Positions 1 through 9,550 of a DNA stretch of 64,000 bases are shown piece by piece; positions within the stretch are counted from its first letter, which is position 1; each line of letters begins with the position of its first letter. The stretch spans positions 87,057 through 151,056 of the forward strand of contig JBGSWE010000004.1 of the NCBI GenBank assembly GCA_041752595.1. The letters are read 5' to 3'. A program made the position numbers and the translations under genes. The notes under the pieces are model-generated. The model saw only the letters and a program-made list of their open reading frames with translations. It was not told where the DNA came from and searched no databases. This DNA comes from Candidatus Saccharimonadales bacterium. Its GTDB lineage: Bacteria > Patescibacteriota > Saccharimonadia > Saccharimonadales > JACDBH01.

Positions 1-812
1 TTTGCAAACAATTCTAATAATTGTGGGCTGGTAGAATACAAATTATGCGGTGCGTAGCGGTTAGAAACTCTACGAAAATAACCAGCCGTATTGTCCATAT
101 CTTGAATTCCAAGTGTTCTAATGTCTGATAATGCTTCGGCCGAGCCACCGGCATGTACTATTGGTGCACCGTAAGGCAGGAACCAATCAATATAGTAAGG
201 TCGCAATGACCTAATCGGGCCTATATTTGCCGCCAGATTATCATGAAAAATAGCGTTAAATCTAGTTATACCACCCTCAGCAACAGCCTCCGAAACAATA
301 TCAGCCTCTTTTAGTCCTGATTGAGGTCTTGCTTCTGGGCTGTTTTCTATTTGAACAGCATAAGTTGGTAGCTCTGGGTTAGCGATAGGTATCTGGCGAC
401 CAGACATTCTAGATGCAATAGTTGTGGGCTCTAAGGTGGGTTCAGTCACTACTACCGGCGGAATATATGGCGCTGGAGGTGGGCTAGTATCCCTAAAGAT
501 AAACCAATAGATCATTAGTCCGGTTAGTGCTAGCGCTATAATAATTGCGATAATTAACAATATCCAGTGGAGTTTAGTTTTGGGTTTGGGCAAACTAAAC
601 TTAATTTTTCGCTTTGGTTTTTTGTCTTTACTGGGCGAGGGCAAAAACGGATCTGGTTCTTGTTTTTGTGTTGGTTTTGGACGATCGGTAACTACGGGAG
701 CCGGCTCGGGTAAAATATCCGTGTTTGTACTCACCCGGTTAACCGTGAGATGGTTTTGCGAGATTACATCATTGAGTGAAGGCCTTTTTGGCCGTCGGAC
801 AAAGTCATCCAT
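1..812 (-). CDS. DUF3048-like membrane-anchored protein (N-terminal part; gene runs off the left window edge)
   Basis: Absent from the ORF track because it has no stop in the window. Manual minus-strand translation from the ATG at 812-810 gives MDDFVRRPKRPSLNDV...KFSLPKPKTKLHWILLIIAIIIALALTGLMIYWFIF (TM anchor)...YAVQIENSPEARPQSGLKEADIVSEAVAEGGITRFNAIFH...IRSLRPYYIDW. I recognise this as the DUF3048/YerB-type pattern. The listed 580..819 + ORF is its antisense shadow. Confidence 0.6.
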   Translation of the reverse strand, partial: MDDFVRRPKRPSLNDVISQNHLTVNRVSTNTDILPEPAPVVTDRPKPTQKQEPDPFLPSPSKDKKPKRKIKFSLPKPKTKLHWILLIIAIIIALALTGLMIYWFIFRDTSPPPAPYIPPVVVTEPTLEPTTIASRMSGRQIPIANPELPTYAVQIENSPEARPQSGLKEADIVSEAVAEGGITRFNAIFHDNLAANIGPIRSLRPYYIDWFLPYGAPIVHAGGSAEALSDIRTLGIQDMDNTAGYFRRVSNRYAPHNLYSTSPQLLELFA

Positions 813-933
813 AATATAGTTATATTTTAACATAGTGCTTATGGATTTGTGTTGATACCTTTCCACCTTATTAATTTCTAATAGTTGCTCATGAAACTGT
901 CAACTCACTATCCAATCTGTTACAATCTGAGTT

Positions 934-2604
934 ATGTATTCGTCAACGTTACTGGGAAGACTTACAGAACTTTTGGCTCCAGATGGTTATATTGAGCGTT
1001 CAGAAAGTGAGCTTCGCTACCCTTCCAGGGTTTTGACAGACGGCGCTGAGGTCATGCGCATTGCGCCCTCGCCAACTGGATTCGTGCACATTGGCACAAT
1101 TTACGCAGGATTTATTAACGAACGCATTGCTCATCAAACAAATGGCATTTTTATTCTAAGAATCGAAGACACTGACAAAAAACGTGAAGTAGAAGGCTCA
1201 AGTGAGATGATTATAAAGGCATTATCGGACTTTGGGTTAAATTACGACGAAGGGCCAAATACCACCGCCAAGTATGGTCCATATTTTCAAAGCCAACGAA
1301 GCAAAATTTATCTAGGATATGTACTTGACCTTCTCCGTTCCGGACGCGCTTATCCGTGCTTTGCTACACCAGAAGAACTCCAGACTGCCGTAAAAGATCA
1401 GCAAACAAAAAAACTTCGCCCAGGATACTATGGAGACTGGGCGCTTTGGCGTGACAAATCAGAGGCTGAAATTAATGCCGCCTTAGACAAATCTCTGCCC
1501 TTCGTTCTTAGGCTTAGATCAAACGGACTGCACAGTAAACGTATCGTTTACAATGATGTTTTTAAGGGCAAAATGGAAGTGCCCCAAAATGATTTGGATG
1601 TACCACTGCTCAAAAGTGACGAACAGAGGTTGCCAACCTATCACTTGGCACACGTTGTAGATGATTATTTGATGGGCACAACAAAAGTTTTTAGAAGTGA
1701 AGAATGGCTACCGTCAACCGCCCTACATATCGAGATTGCCGAAGCGCTTAATTTGCCAGACTTAACCTATGGTCATTTTGCGCCGATTTCTATTATTGAT
1801 TCGGCAGGCGGCGGCAAACGTAAGCTCAGTAAACGCAAAGACAAAGAAGCAGATATTCAGTTTTGGCTTGCAGCTGGATATCCAATCGAGGGAATAAAAG
1901 CTTATCTACTTGGCCTTGCAAACTCTAATTTTGAAGATTGGTGGCGCAATAATCCAAGTGAACCGTTAGATCACTACACTGTTAGCTTAGAAAAACTAGC
2001 TGCTTCCAGGGCTCCTTTATTAGATATGCAAAAACTAGAGGATTATTGCAAAGATTTTATTGCCAACCTGCCTCAAGACCAATTCGAAAAAAGATTATTA
2101 GAATTCTCAGAAAAGGCTGGTTGGACAAGGTTTGTAGACGAAGTTGCTAGTGACATTGTTTACAGCAACAACGTATTCGCAATCGAGCGTTCAGGCGACA
2201 AACCACGCAAAGATATTAGCCGCTGGGACCAAGCTTATGATCAATACGGCTACTTTTTTGATAGCTTATTCGAGGATAATTTTAGAAAGCAAGGCCGCAG
2301 CGAGTTCCTAAGCGACCTAGACGAGGCGACAATATTTGGTGCAGCCCAAGCGTTCTTGGCTACTTACGATCCCACCGATGACCAGGTAGCGTGGTTCGAC
2401 AAGGTTAAAGCGGCAGCCGAATCTGTAGGTTTTGCAATCGATAATAAGGCCTACAAAGCAGACCCTAGTTTGTTCCGTGGTAATGTAGCTGATTTTGCTC
2501 GTATTTTGCGTGTATTAACAACTGGCAAGAACCGCACCCCAGATCTATGGACAATCATGCAGGCTATGGGTGTGAGCAGAATACGTAGTCGTTTGTCGAA
2601 TTAA
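934..2604 (+). CDS. gltX: glutamate--tRNA ligase (class I aaRS)
   Basis: 556-aa ORF with a HIGH-type motif (PSPTGFVHIGTIYAG) and a KMSKS-type motif (KLSKRK). The overall GluRS pattern is present (RIEDTD, YDEGP). Confidence 0.9.
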   Translation: MYSSTLLGRLTELLAPDGYIERSESELRYPSRVLTDGAEVMRIAPSPTGFVHIGTIYAGFINERIAHQTNGIFILRIEDTDKKREVEGSSEMIIKALSDFGLNYDEGPNTTAKYGPYFQSQRSKIYLGYVLDLLRSGRAYPCFATPEELQTAVKDQQTKKLRPGYYGDWALWRDKSEAEINAALDKSLPFVLRLRSNGLHSKRIVYNDVFKGKMEVPQNDLDVPLLKSDEQRLPTYHLAHVVDDYLMGTTKVFRSEEWLPSTALHIEIAEALNLPDLTYGHFAPISIIDSAGGGKRKLSKRKDKEADIQFWLAAGYPIEGIKAYLLGLANSNFEDWWRNNPSEPLDHYTVSLEKLAASRAPLLDMQKLEDYCKDFIANLPQDQFEKRLLEFSEKAGWTRFVDEVASDIVYSNNVFAIERSGDKPRKDISRWDQAYDQYGYFFDSLFEDNFRKQGRSEFLSDLDEATIFGAAQAFLATYDPTDDQVAWFDKVKAAAESVGFAIDNKAYKADPSLFRGNVADFARILRVLTTGKNRTPDLWTIMQAMGVSRIRSRLSN

Positions 2605-2654
2605 GCTTACTTTTTCCTAGGGTTACGCTTATGTTTTAGTGTGCCTATTTGCGA

Positions 2655-2897
2655 TTAGACTTCGAATTTTTGGATGTGGTCGCTAAGTTTTTCTAAAAAG
2701 TCTTTTGCTTGCTTGGGTGACATAGCTACTCTGCTAACAATGTGTTGATGGTTACTGCCCGGAACTGCTTGTGCAAAACCCAGCACTACAAAATTATCAT
2801 TAGAACTAATTAAGTAACCGTCAACTGCTAAAACCGGGGCTTTTTCTGGGTTAACATTAAAATTAATTACTGGTTCTTCTTTGGGCGCAATAGCCAT
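2655..2897 (-). CDS. DUF3467-like small protein
   Basis: 80-aa ORF. The pattern ...VVLGFAQAVPG...VSRVAMSPKQAKDFLEKLSDHIQKFE resembles the DUF3467 family from memory. Confidence 0.45.
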   Translation of the reverse strand: MAIAPKEEPVINFNVNPEKAPVLAVDGYLISSNDNFVVLGFAQAVPGSNHQHIVSRVAMSPKQAKDFLEKLSDHIQKFEV

Positions 2898-2980
2898 AAT
2901 AACTCCTTAAATATTGACTTTTATTGATAAGTATGGTATAATTATAATATATACACTAATACAAACTTAATTATATTCTC

Positions 2981-4015
2981 TTAAAGAGAATTGGCGATAC
3001 GAATCAGTTGGTCTGAATTGAGCGACGAATCGCCCTTAATGTCGTACCATACACCACCATTTACCCATGTAGCGCTAGAGTCGCCGTATAAGTAAATCGT
3101 GCGACCATTATCTTCGTATGTTTGAATTTGCGAATCGGTTGCTGCTACGTAATTAGTCTTAAGTGCTTCGCTGTTCCAGTTTGATTCTTTTTGGGTAATT
3201 GTAAACTGTCTTTCGTCAGTGTTAGACGTAAAGCTCAAAGTAATTTGGCCTGGAAGATACTTGATTTGATTATTTAAGCTAAACCCTGACGGCTGATAGC
3301 CTGGTGATTTTGCAGTTAAGCCAGCACGCGATGAAGCGTAGCGCATAGAAATGTTAGGTACATTCTGATAGGCAATAAATCCGGCAAGTAAAAATACCGT
3401 CATTCCACTGAGGGCGAGTGTCGCTAGACGTCCTCGTTTTTTAGTTTTTACTGAATGGTGTTTGGGTTGTTTGTGGCTATCTGCATCATTAAGCGCTTTA
3501 GAAATTATTGATGATGCTGCAGACTTATGTACTGCGTGTGTTAGTAAGTTTTGGGTTGGTTCGGCTGCGACTGGAAGGTGTTCAACTTTGGTTGGTACTG
3601 CTTGTGCTCTGCTGTTTTGTGGTTGATTATTAAATTTAGAAACAAGAGCACTTCGTTTAACCTTAAGAGCACGTTGTTCACGGACTGGGTCAACTGACTT
3701 ATAAATTAGAGTAGGCTTAATAGGTACAGAAACTGGAGTAATTACATCCAGCATAGTTTTTGAGCTGCTAGGTTTGGCAGCAGCAAATACTGACGGTTTT
3801 TTAACTCCATGACGCATAAGCGTATTACTGCGCTGGGTAGTTGAATGTACTTGTTTTGAGGCAACGCGGTTTGTGACTTCTGAGATATGGCGAGTTGGTT
3901 GAGGGGCGCTTTTATGAGCCGGTGTCACTATATGTGCATCGGAAGCGAGAAGCTTGCCAGTACGCGCATCATAACGCTTACCGTTTATTTCTATATGTGT
4001 TTGCTGATTGCCCAC
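2981..4015 (-). CDS. hypothetical membrane-anchored protein (basic, low-complexity N-terminal half, one TM, extracytoplasmic C-terminal domain)
   Basis: 344-aa ORF with a central hydrophobic segment (LATLALSGMTVFLLAGFIAY). No family recognised. Confidence 0.5.
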   Translation of the reverse strand: MGNQQTHIEINGKRYDARTGKLLASDAHIVTPAHKSAPQPTRHISEVTNRVASKQVHSTTQRSNTLMRHGVKKPSVFAAAKPSSSKTMLDVITPVSVPIKPTLIYKSVDPVREQRALKVKRSALVSKFNNQPQNSRAQAVPTKVEHLPVAAEPTQNLLTHAVHKSAASSIISKALNDADSHKQPKHHSVKTKKRGRLATLALSGMTVFLLAGFIAYQNVPNISMRYASSRAGLTAKSPGYQPSGFSLNNQIKYLPGQITLSFTSNTDERQFTITQKESNWNSEALKTNYVAATDSQIQTYEDNGRTIYLYGDSSATWVNGGVWYDIKGDSSLNSDQLIRIANSL

Positions 4016-4230
4016 GCTAGCCTTTTGATAATTTTGGTGCTTTTAAATGTTGTTACCCTGCATCGAAATGCTGATAATAATAGTACCTATATTATCTCAA
4101 GAAAACAAGAGGTGAAAAATTATTAACTCAGTTGATTTTAAGTATAATATTAGATAATTTATGATATAACTTAAGTAGGAACAATAAAATAAAGTACTTA
4201 AAAATAACCCAGATACCGTAGTCCACAGAT

Positions 4231-5709
4231 ATGATAATGGATTTTCTTGACCCCAGTCGTAAAAAAGCCCATCGCCGAAGATTATTCTTGGGTTATTTTT
4301 TAATGGCAATTATGGTGGCTATTGGTACTTTAATTGTTCTATATCAAGCCAATGGTTGGGATGTTAACAGAGAGAATGGTGAGTTTATCCAAAATGGAAT
4401 AGTTTTTGTTGATTCTAAGCCCGGTGGCGCGACTGTATATGTTAACAATGTAGCCGAGCGCGAAAAAACCGATACCCGGCTTGTACTACCGGAGGGAATA
4501 TACACGATAAGAATAGAGGCAGAAGGTTACAGAACTTGGCAACGTAGTTTTGAGCTTGATGGTGGCCAGATAGAAAGATTGGTGTACCCATTTTTACTTC
4601 CAAATACTCTTACTATTACAGATGTTAAAACATATGATGCCAAGCCCTTGATTGCCTCACAAAGCCCGGATCGTCGCTGGGTACTTATACAAAGGCCTGG
4701 TGAGACATATCAGTTTGACGTTTTTGATCTTATTAACCCAGCCGAAAAGCCTGTGCAAGTTGCTGTGCCAATAACTACACTAACTAGCCCGTCAGTAGAT
4801 GCGAGTCTAGAGTTTGTTGAATGGTCTACCGATAATAAACACGTTTTAGTTAAGCGAAGTTATGAAAATAAATCGGAGTATATAATTTTTAACAGAGAAG
4901 CTAGTGCGGAAACTGTTAATCTAAATACAGCTTTTGGAATAACCCCAGCCGAAGTAAGTCTTAGAGATAAAAAACCTGACCAATTTTATTATCTCGATTC
5001 TTTGCCTGGAGTATTAAGAACCGCCAATACAAAATCTAAAACAATCTCTGCACCACTTTTATCGGCTGTAATTGATTACAAATCATACGGCGACAATATA
5101 ATACTGTATGTCACAAAAGAAGGCGCCCAAAATGATAAAACAAACTTTAAGATACTTGACGGCGAAACAGACTATTTACTTAAGTCTGTTAAACAATCTG
5201 AAGAATACGTTTTGGATGTTGCTAAATATAACGGTGATTGGTACTACGTAATCGGCGCCACAAACGAAAGTGCAGTTTTTGTTTATAAAAATCCAGTTAC
5301 TGTGCTTAAACAAGAAAATTCCAGCCTATCGGCTTATTCTATTTTGCGCTTAGGCAATCCAAAATTTGTGTCGTTTTCTGCAAATACTCAGTATATTAAA
5401 GCCCAAAGTGGGAAAACTATAACCACTCTAGATCTAGAACATGAAAAACAATACATATTTGAACTTGATCAAGACATACCACTTGATCAAGATGTAAAAT
5501 GGATGGACGGTCATAGGTTTGTTTATGTTGATAATCAGCAATCATATATTGTAGATTTTGATGGATCTAACAAGCAAACGCTAGTTACCTCAGCCCTACC
5601 AAATAGTCCGTTCTTTGACAGAGATTATGATAATGTATTTACGATTGAGAATTCTAAAACAGACAATTCAAAGATGGCTTTTACTCTGACGGTTATTGAT
5701 AACAGATAA
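4231..5709 (+). CDS. PEGA domain-containing membrane-anchored protein
   Basis: 492-aa ORF with an N-terminal TM (LFLGYFLMAIMVAIGTLIVLY). This is followed by a PEGA-type segment (GGATVYVNNVAE...LVLPEGIYTIRIEAEGYRTWQRSF). Confidence 0.65.
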   Translation: MIMDFLDPSRKKAHRRRLFLGYFLMAIMVAIGTLIVLYQANGWDVNRENGEFIQNGIVFVDSKPGGATVYVNNVAEREKTDTRLVLPEGIYTIRIEAEGYRTWQRSFELDGGQIERLVYPFLLPNTLTITDVKTYDAKPLIASQSPDRRWVLIQRPGETYQFDVFDLINPAEKPVQVAVPITTLTSPSVDASLEFVEWSTDNKHVLVKRSYENKSEYIIFNREASAETVNLNTAFGITPAEVSLRDKKPDQFYYLDSLPGVLRTANTKSKTISAPLLSAVIDYKSYGDNIILYVTKEGAQNDKTNFKILDGETDYLLKSVKQSEEYVLDVAKYNGDWYYVIGATNESAVFVYKNPVTVLKQENSSLSAYSILRLGNPKFVSFSANTQYIKAQSGKTITTLDLEHEKQYIFELDQDIPLDQDVKWMDGHRFVYVDNQQSYIVDFDGSNKQTLVTSALPNSPFFDRDYDNVFTIENSKTDNSKMAFTLTVIDNR

Positions 5710-5742
5710 TTCTTTTTAACTTCTTGTGCCATGAAGCAACCT

Positions 5743-5772
5743 CATACTTTTCTGTACCGACAGAAAAGTATG
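5743..5772. terminator. perfect 13-bp stem / 4-nt loop hairpin between convergent genes (no clear U-tract)
   Basis: catacttttctgt-accg-acagaaaagtatg, read directly. It lies 34 nt after the stop of the PEGA gene and marks the left edge of the GC-rich block. Confidence 0.35.
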
Positions 5773-5981
5773 CAAAAGAACCTATGGCCAAATCGTCTTT
5801 GCACAATTTGAGTTTTTAATAATAATTTCGCTTTTCGTCCTTTTAGACTCATCAGAACAAATAATGCATTTGTTGAAGCGGAAGTGACAAGCAGAAGATA
5901 GAAATAGGAATAGGAGTGTGGCTGAGAGCCAAACGCCTGGGTCCTCCCAAACTACTCTCTGCTCGCCACTTCCGTAGGTGC

Positions 5982-6401
5982 TCAACTGGTGCTGACCAAC
6001 TCAGTTCCGTCGTTGAAGATTTCCATATCTCCAGTTCTACAACGCACGTATTGGTTAGAGCCAGAGAGACCTCGAATTATCATCATCATTAACTGAGAAC
6101 TACCCTCAAATGTTTTTTCTACCAATTCATCGGTGAGAATCTCGGCGTCGATATAGTAAGTCTTGCTGTGGCTGAAAGGCCTACTAACGGTCTCAACGTT
6201 TTCGCCGTCGATGTCCACGATGCAAGAAGCGATGTAGTAATACCTAAACCCAAGGGCGTGGTATGGTGCATCTTTTGCTTCCTTCTGAGGGTTTCGTAAG
6301 TTGATCGGCTTTGCTAGCTCACGAAAAAGGAAATTGTCTGAATAGATGTAGACAACGTAGGTTGTGACATTGACCTTGGTGGTCATCACTTCAGTAGTCA
6401 T
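5982..6401 (-). CDS. hypothetical protein (139 aa), second gene of the GC-rich cassette
   Basis: ORF with an AGAAGG RBS-like sequence upstream of the ATG. No family recognised. Contains IVDIDGENVETV. Confidence 0.55.
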   Translation of the reverse strand: MTTEVMTTKVNVTTYVVYIYSDNFLFRELAKPINLRNPQKEAKDAPYHALGFRYYYIASCIVDIDGENVETVSRPFSHSKTYYIDAEILTDELVEKTFEGSSQLMMMIIRGLSGSNQYVRCRTGDMEIFNDGTELVSTS

Positions 6402-6425
6402 AATTGCCTTCTTTCTAGTCGGGGT

Positions 6426-6845
6426 TCAGAGTACGTTGCCGTCGCTGTCTGCGGTGGCAACGTTGTATTCAGGCTCTTTGAGGATGCGCACTGTCAGGTT
6501 GCGGCCGTCGATATCGACATCGGGGATGTCGATGTGGTCCGGGCCTTCTGTGGCTTTGGTGAGGTGTTGGCGGGTGAGACGGCCCTCGAGGTAGAATACC
6601 GTGGCCGAGCGTGGTGCGAGCAGCAACATGGCGATCTTGTCCGCATTGCCATTCTCGACATCTCCGTTGATGCAGTCATGAATGGCTGACATCATACTGT
6701 CTGGGTTGACCTCGACGTACAGATTGCCGCCGAAAGCGTTGATCGCCCATCGACCACCATCGAGCTTCATGCCTTTGGCGTCGAAGAAGGTGATCTCCTG
6801 GCCGTCGACTTCGTAGTTGACTCCGTTGAGCTGGCTGGTTGCCAT
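6426..6845 (-). CDS. hypothetical protein (139 aa), first gene of the GC-rich cassette
   Basis: ORF preceded by AGGAGA 11 nt upstream of the ATG. No family recognised. Contains DVDIDGRNLTV. Several overlapping alternative-frame ORFs are GC-driven shadows. Confidence 0.6.
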   Translation of the reverse strand: MATSQLNGVNYEVDGQEITFFDAKGMKLDGGRWAINAFGGNLYVEVNPDSMMSAIHDCINGDVENGNADKIAMLLLAPRSATVFYLEGRLTRQHLTKATEGPDHIDIPDVDIDGRNLTVRILKEPEYNVATADSDGNVL

Positions 6846-7224
6846 GACAATTACTTTCTCCTAATCTTTGGCGGGGTGCCACTAGCGAAGCTAGTTGTGT
6901 ATATTCCTGTAATACACAAGATGAGGAGCAAAGACATATTTATAAATATGCCCTTACTTCTCATCTTGTGTCTATTGCTTGTCAAAAAACAAGGGGAGCA
7001 AAATGCTCTGACCCTATCCTCTGATTATATCATATTTTATACAAGTTTGTCAAATATAACAGATTAAAAATATTAGTCAGCTTTAGCTGGCTACCGGTTT
7101 TTTGGAAAGAGCCGCCCGACAATCCGGCTATGCAGGTTGCCGGAGCGATGAGAAAACCTATCCAGAGGGCACCTATCCCCTGATTATCAGGCGGATGGGG
7201 CTGCGAATGGTTTTCTTACTGTAC

Positions 7225-8436
7225 TTAAAAAACACCACCCCAAATACGTGACCACAAAGACTCCGGATTACCAGCTAGTTGATCAACTCTAGCATCGGTT
7301 TGGATAGCTGTACTAGCAATGTTTTTGACTGGATCTGGGCTTATTTGTTCGCCCCAAACCACTAGGCGATTTATAGTTGTACCTGGCGGATCACAGGTAA
7401 TTAGAGCTATAGTGCTGGTTTTGCCAGGGACTGAATCTAGTACGCTAATATCGGTTGGAGATACTACTCTTTTTTCAAATATTTTATATACATATCGTAC
7501 GCCGTCTTTTTCTATATAGAATGTGTCATCTTTTTCTAGACGATTGAGTAAAACGAATGCAAATTTGTATTGACCGCGGTTAAGTAAGTTGTTACTAGAA
7601 TGTCCAAAAATCGCTCCACCACCCTGCTCGCCCGGATTTGAAGTAGTTGCATAGTGAACAACCCCACGCTCTAAACCTTCCTGTATTGCGGCTTCTTCAA
7701 TAGTTTTAACATCATAAACTACAGGCACTTCTACATTAATTTTTGGAATAATTATTTTAGATTCAGCCCCTACCGCTGTACCTGCATCAAGAATCAGAGG
7801 TGTAGAGCTGACATTGCGACTAGGTGTTATAAATGGAGCTAGAAACCTTTCGTTAAAGAATCCTAGCAATAAAACTAATACCATTAAGCCGCCCATCCCA
7901 AGTCCAAATGCCAAAGATTTGAAATGTTGCTTTTTGGAAAGCTTGGCTCTGCCTTGAACTCTTCCAGTAATTTGATTTTTTATATCAGCAACTGATTGTT
8001 CCTTTTTATTTTTTGACACTGGCTCTGGGTCAAAATTAGCACTAAAAATTTTTGTTGGGGTACTAGAACTAGGCTCTACTTTATCCTGAGATTTAAAGAC
8101 TGGCTTATGTTGTTGCAGGCTATAGAACTCATCCCAAACCTCATGTTTTTCTTTATCAGTGAGGCTGTTGTAGTAGTCGTGCCACTCCATTTGAATAACA
8201 GCAAAGGGTTTGCCAGAATTGTTGAGTTCTAACATGAACTTTTGGTGCTTGCTGCGTTTTTTGGACGGCGTTACAACGCTTTCTATAGTTTCCGAAATAG
8301 CGTCTGGCTCGTTTCCGTAGAGTTTGTCTAATTTTGTGCGCACCAAATTAACAGCATCATCGTTGCTGTTGGTGCTACTAGTTGGTTCGTCGGGCAACTG
8401 GAAAGTTGGTCCGGTTGGTGGATCTATTATTTTCAT
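7225..8436 (-). CDS. sortase family transpeptidase with a long N-terminal cytoplasmic extension
   Basis: 403-aa ORF with a TM (LAFGLGMGGLMVLVLLLGFF). Catalytic-type motifs are present: His IFGHSSN, Cys LITCDPPG (TLxTC-like) and Arg NRLVVWGE. Confidence 0.8.
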   Translation of the reverse strand: MKIIDPPTGPTFQLPDEPTSSTNSNDDAVNLVRTKLDKLYGNEPDAISETIESVVTPSKKRSKHQKFMLELNNSGKPFAVIQMEWHDYYNSLTDKEKHEVWDEFYSLQQHKPVFKSQDKVEPSSSTPTKIFSANFDPEPVSKNKKEQSVADIKNQITGRVQGRAKLSKKQHFKSLAFGLGMGGLMVLVLLLGFFNERFLAPFITPSRNVSSTPLILDAGTAVGAESKIIIPKINVEVPVVYDVKTIEEAAIQEGLERGVVHYATTSNPGEQGGGAIFGHSSNNLLNRGQYKFAFVLLNRLEKDDTFYIEKDGVRYVYKIFEKRVVSPTDISVLDSVPGKTSTIALITCDPPGTTINRLVVWGEQISPDPVKNIASTAIQTDARVDQLAGNPESLWSRIWGGVF

Positions 8437-8549
8437 TTGTTTAAAATTCGCTTATGCTGGAAATTACCTAGTAATTATACTATAATTGTCTCTGTTATTC
8501 GAACGTCTTAAATAATTTCGAGAGATGATTCTCAAAATTAAGACGAGAA

Positions 8550-8635
8550 GCCGCGGTGGTGGAATGGTAGACACGCCGGACTCAAAATCCTGTGAGCATT
8601 AGCTCGTGCCGGTTCAAGTCCGGCCCGCGGTACCA
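8550..8635 (+). tRNA. tRNA-Leu (anticodon CAA), type II with long variable arm, CCA encoded
   Basis: Folded by eye. Acceptor GCCGCGG/CCGCGGT (one G-U), D-arm GGTGGAATGGTAGACAC, anticodon loop CTCAAAA, long variable arm TGTGAGCATTAGCTCGTG, T-arm CCGGTTCAAGTCCGG, then ACCA. Confidence 0.9.
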
Positions 8636-8644
8636 AATAATACG

Positions 8645-8667
8645 GGTCAGCATGACTGGCCTTTTTT
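8645..8667 (+). terminator. rho-independent terminator after tRNA-Leu
   Basis: ggtcag-catga-ctggcc followed by tttttt. It overlaps the stop codon of the convergent 8666..9460 gene. Confidence 0.5.
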
Positions 8668-9460
8668 ATTTGGTACTAAAAATCGCAGTCGTCATAGCTT
8701 CAAATGTTTTGGATGGGTTTTGAATCCAGAATACACTTGCTAGGCTGGCTACTTGTACGCGCCAAATATCTAAGTCTTTGGTTAATTTAGTAGAACTAAC
8801 ATTACCGTTACTGGCTACAACTATTTGATCTAGCTCCTTAGTAATAATTGTTACTTGGTAGCGCAGGGTAAATTCATGGAGTGCCTGAACCAGTAATAGC
8901 ATGCCCATGCTTAATAAAAATGGTGTTTCAAATTTTACATTTGTACCGAGTTTTTGTAGTTGAGCCAAACTAAGCACCAGGCTTGTGTTGGGTCTTTTTA
9001 GAATCATTTCTGGTGTGTGGTTAAAATAATCAACCGCGTCTTTGGTGAGCGTAAGTAATCCTGAATATTTCTGAACAAAGGATTCTAAAAGCATACTGGT
9101 TTCGCTGTTGCGTCCTAAATCTCCTGCAATTAAAACACCATCGGCCCAAGCACTCTCAAGTAATAATTCGTCTAACGAGCTTGAGGCAAAGCTGCCACTA
9201 GGCGTGCTAGGCGCAAAAATTGTGGCTTCTAACACGGCGCCAACTGTTTTACGTAAACTATCTGGCAATAAGGCTCGTACTACCCCCGCCCCAGATTGCT
9301 GTGCAACTATGTATGCCTCTGCAACCGATGCAAAGCCGTGTGAATTGCCACCAACTAATAAAAGCTTGCCAGCGTTAGTTTTGTTTTCTGGACGACTCCA
9401 CAAAATATCATCGAAAAGTGGGGTTTCGGTTGATTGTTTAAGCCAATATTCCGGTGTCAT
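8666..9460 (-). CDS. YjeF C-terminal / carbohydrate-kinase-like protein (NAD(P)HX dehydratase family, possibly divergent)
   Basis: 264-aa ORF. AGKLLLVGGNSHGFASVAEAY...SGAGVVRALLP...DGVLIAGDLGRN matches the YjeF_C layout. I could not find the usual C-terminal GxGD motif. Confidence 0.5.
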   Translation of the reverse strand: MTPEYWLKQSTETPLFDDILWSRPENKTNAGKLLLVGGNSHGFASVAEAYIVAQQSGAGVVRALLPDSLRKTVGAVLEATIFAPSTPSGSFASSSLDELLLESAWADGVLIAGDLGRNSETSMLLESFVQKYSGLLTLTKDAVDYFNHTPEMILKRPNTSLVLSLAQLQKLGTNVKFETPFLLSMGMLLLVQALHEFTLRYQVTIITKELDQIVVASNGNVSSTKLTKDLDIWRVQVASLASVFWIQNPSKTFEAMTTAIFSTK

Positions 9461-9550
9461 TAACCTATTCTACATCTTGCAGTCGTTACTTAATAGAAAT
9501 GTGAAAAATCACTCAGCACCTTTTCAGTATATTCAGTTAAAATAGTTATT

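Larger units (their letters stand above)
5780..7220. other. GC-rich island 1 (putative horizontally acquired two-gene cassette plus GC-rich noncoding tail)
   Basis: Spot count is 37/60 GC at 6541-6600, versus 21-26/60 in backbone samples. No integrase or flanking repeats seen. Confidence 0.45.

Noticed and set aside
580-819. 79-aa + strand ORF from the track
   Set aside because: It lies antisense inside a much longer minus-strand reading frame (1..812) with a clear TM and DUF3048-type sequence. Its own product is low-complexity (G/S/F-rich).
5782-5985. 67-aa minus-strand ORF, and a tRNA-like 5' fragment (ggagtgtggctgagagccaaacgcc at about 5921-5945)
   Set aside because: The ORF has no RBS or recognisable features and lies in the 3' tail of the GC-rich cassette. 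The tRNA-like string resembles the acceptor/D-arm of type II tRNAs, but I could not complete an anticodon stem, T-arm or matching 3' acceptor strand.
6364-6882. Overlapping ORFs 6364..6594 (+), 6494..6679 (-) and 6676..6882 (-)
   Set aside because: These are alternative-frame or antisense shadows of the 6426..6845 gene in GC-rich DNA. Their products are Arg/Ser/Pro-rich, as is typical of out-of-frame translation.
7125-7215. Possible TPP-riboswitch-like strings (ATGAGA ... CCCTGAT..CAGGCGGATGGGG)
   Set aside because: There is only a loose resemblance to the CUGAGA / ACCUGAUCUGGAUAAUGCCAGCG core. The P3 and pyrophosphate-sensor helices cannot be built, and no thiamine-related gene is adjacent.
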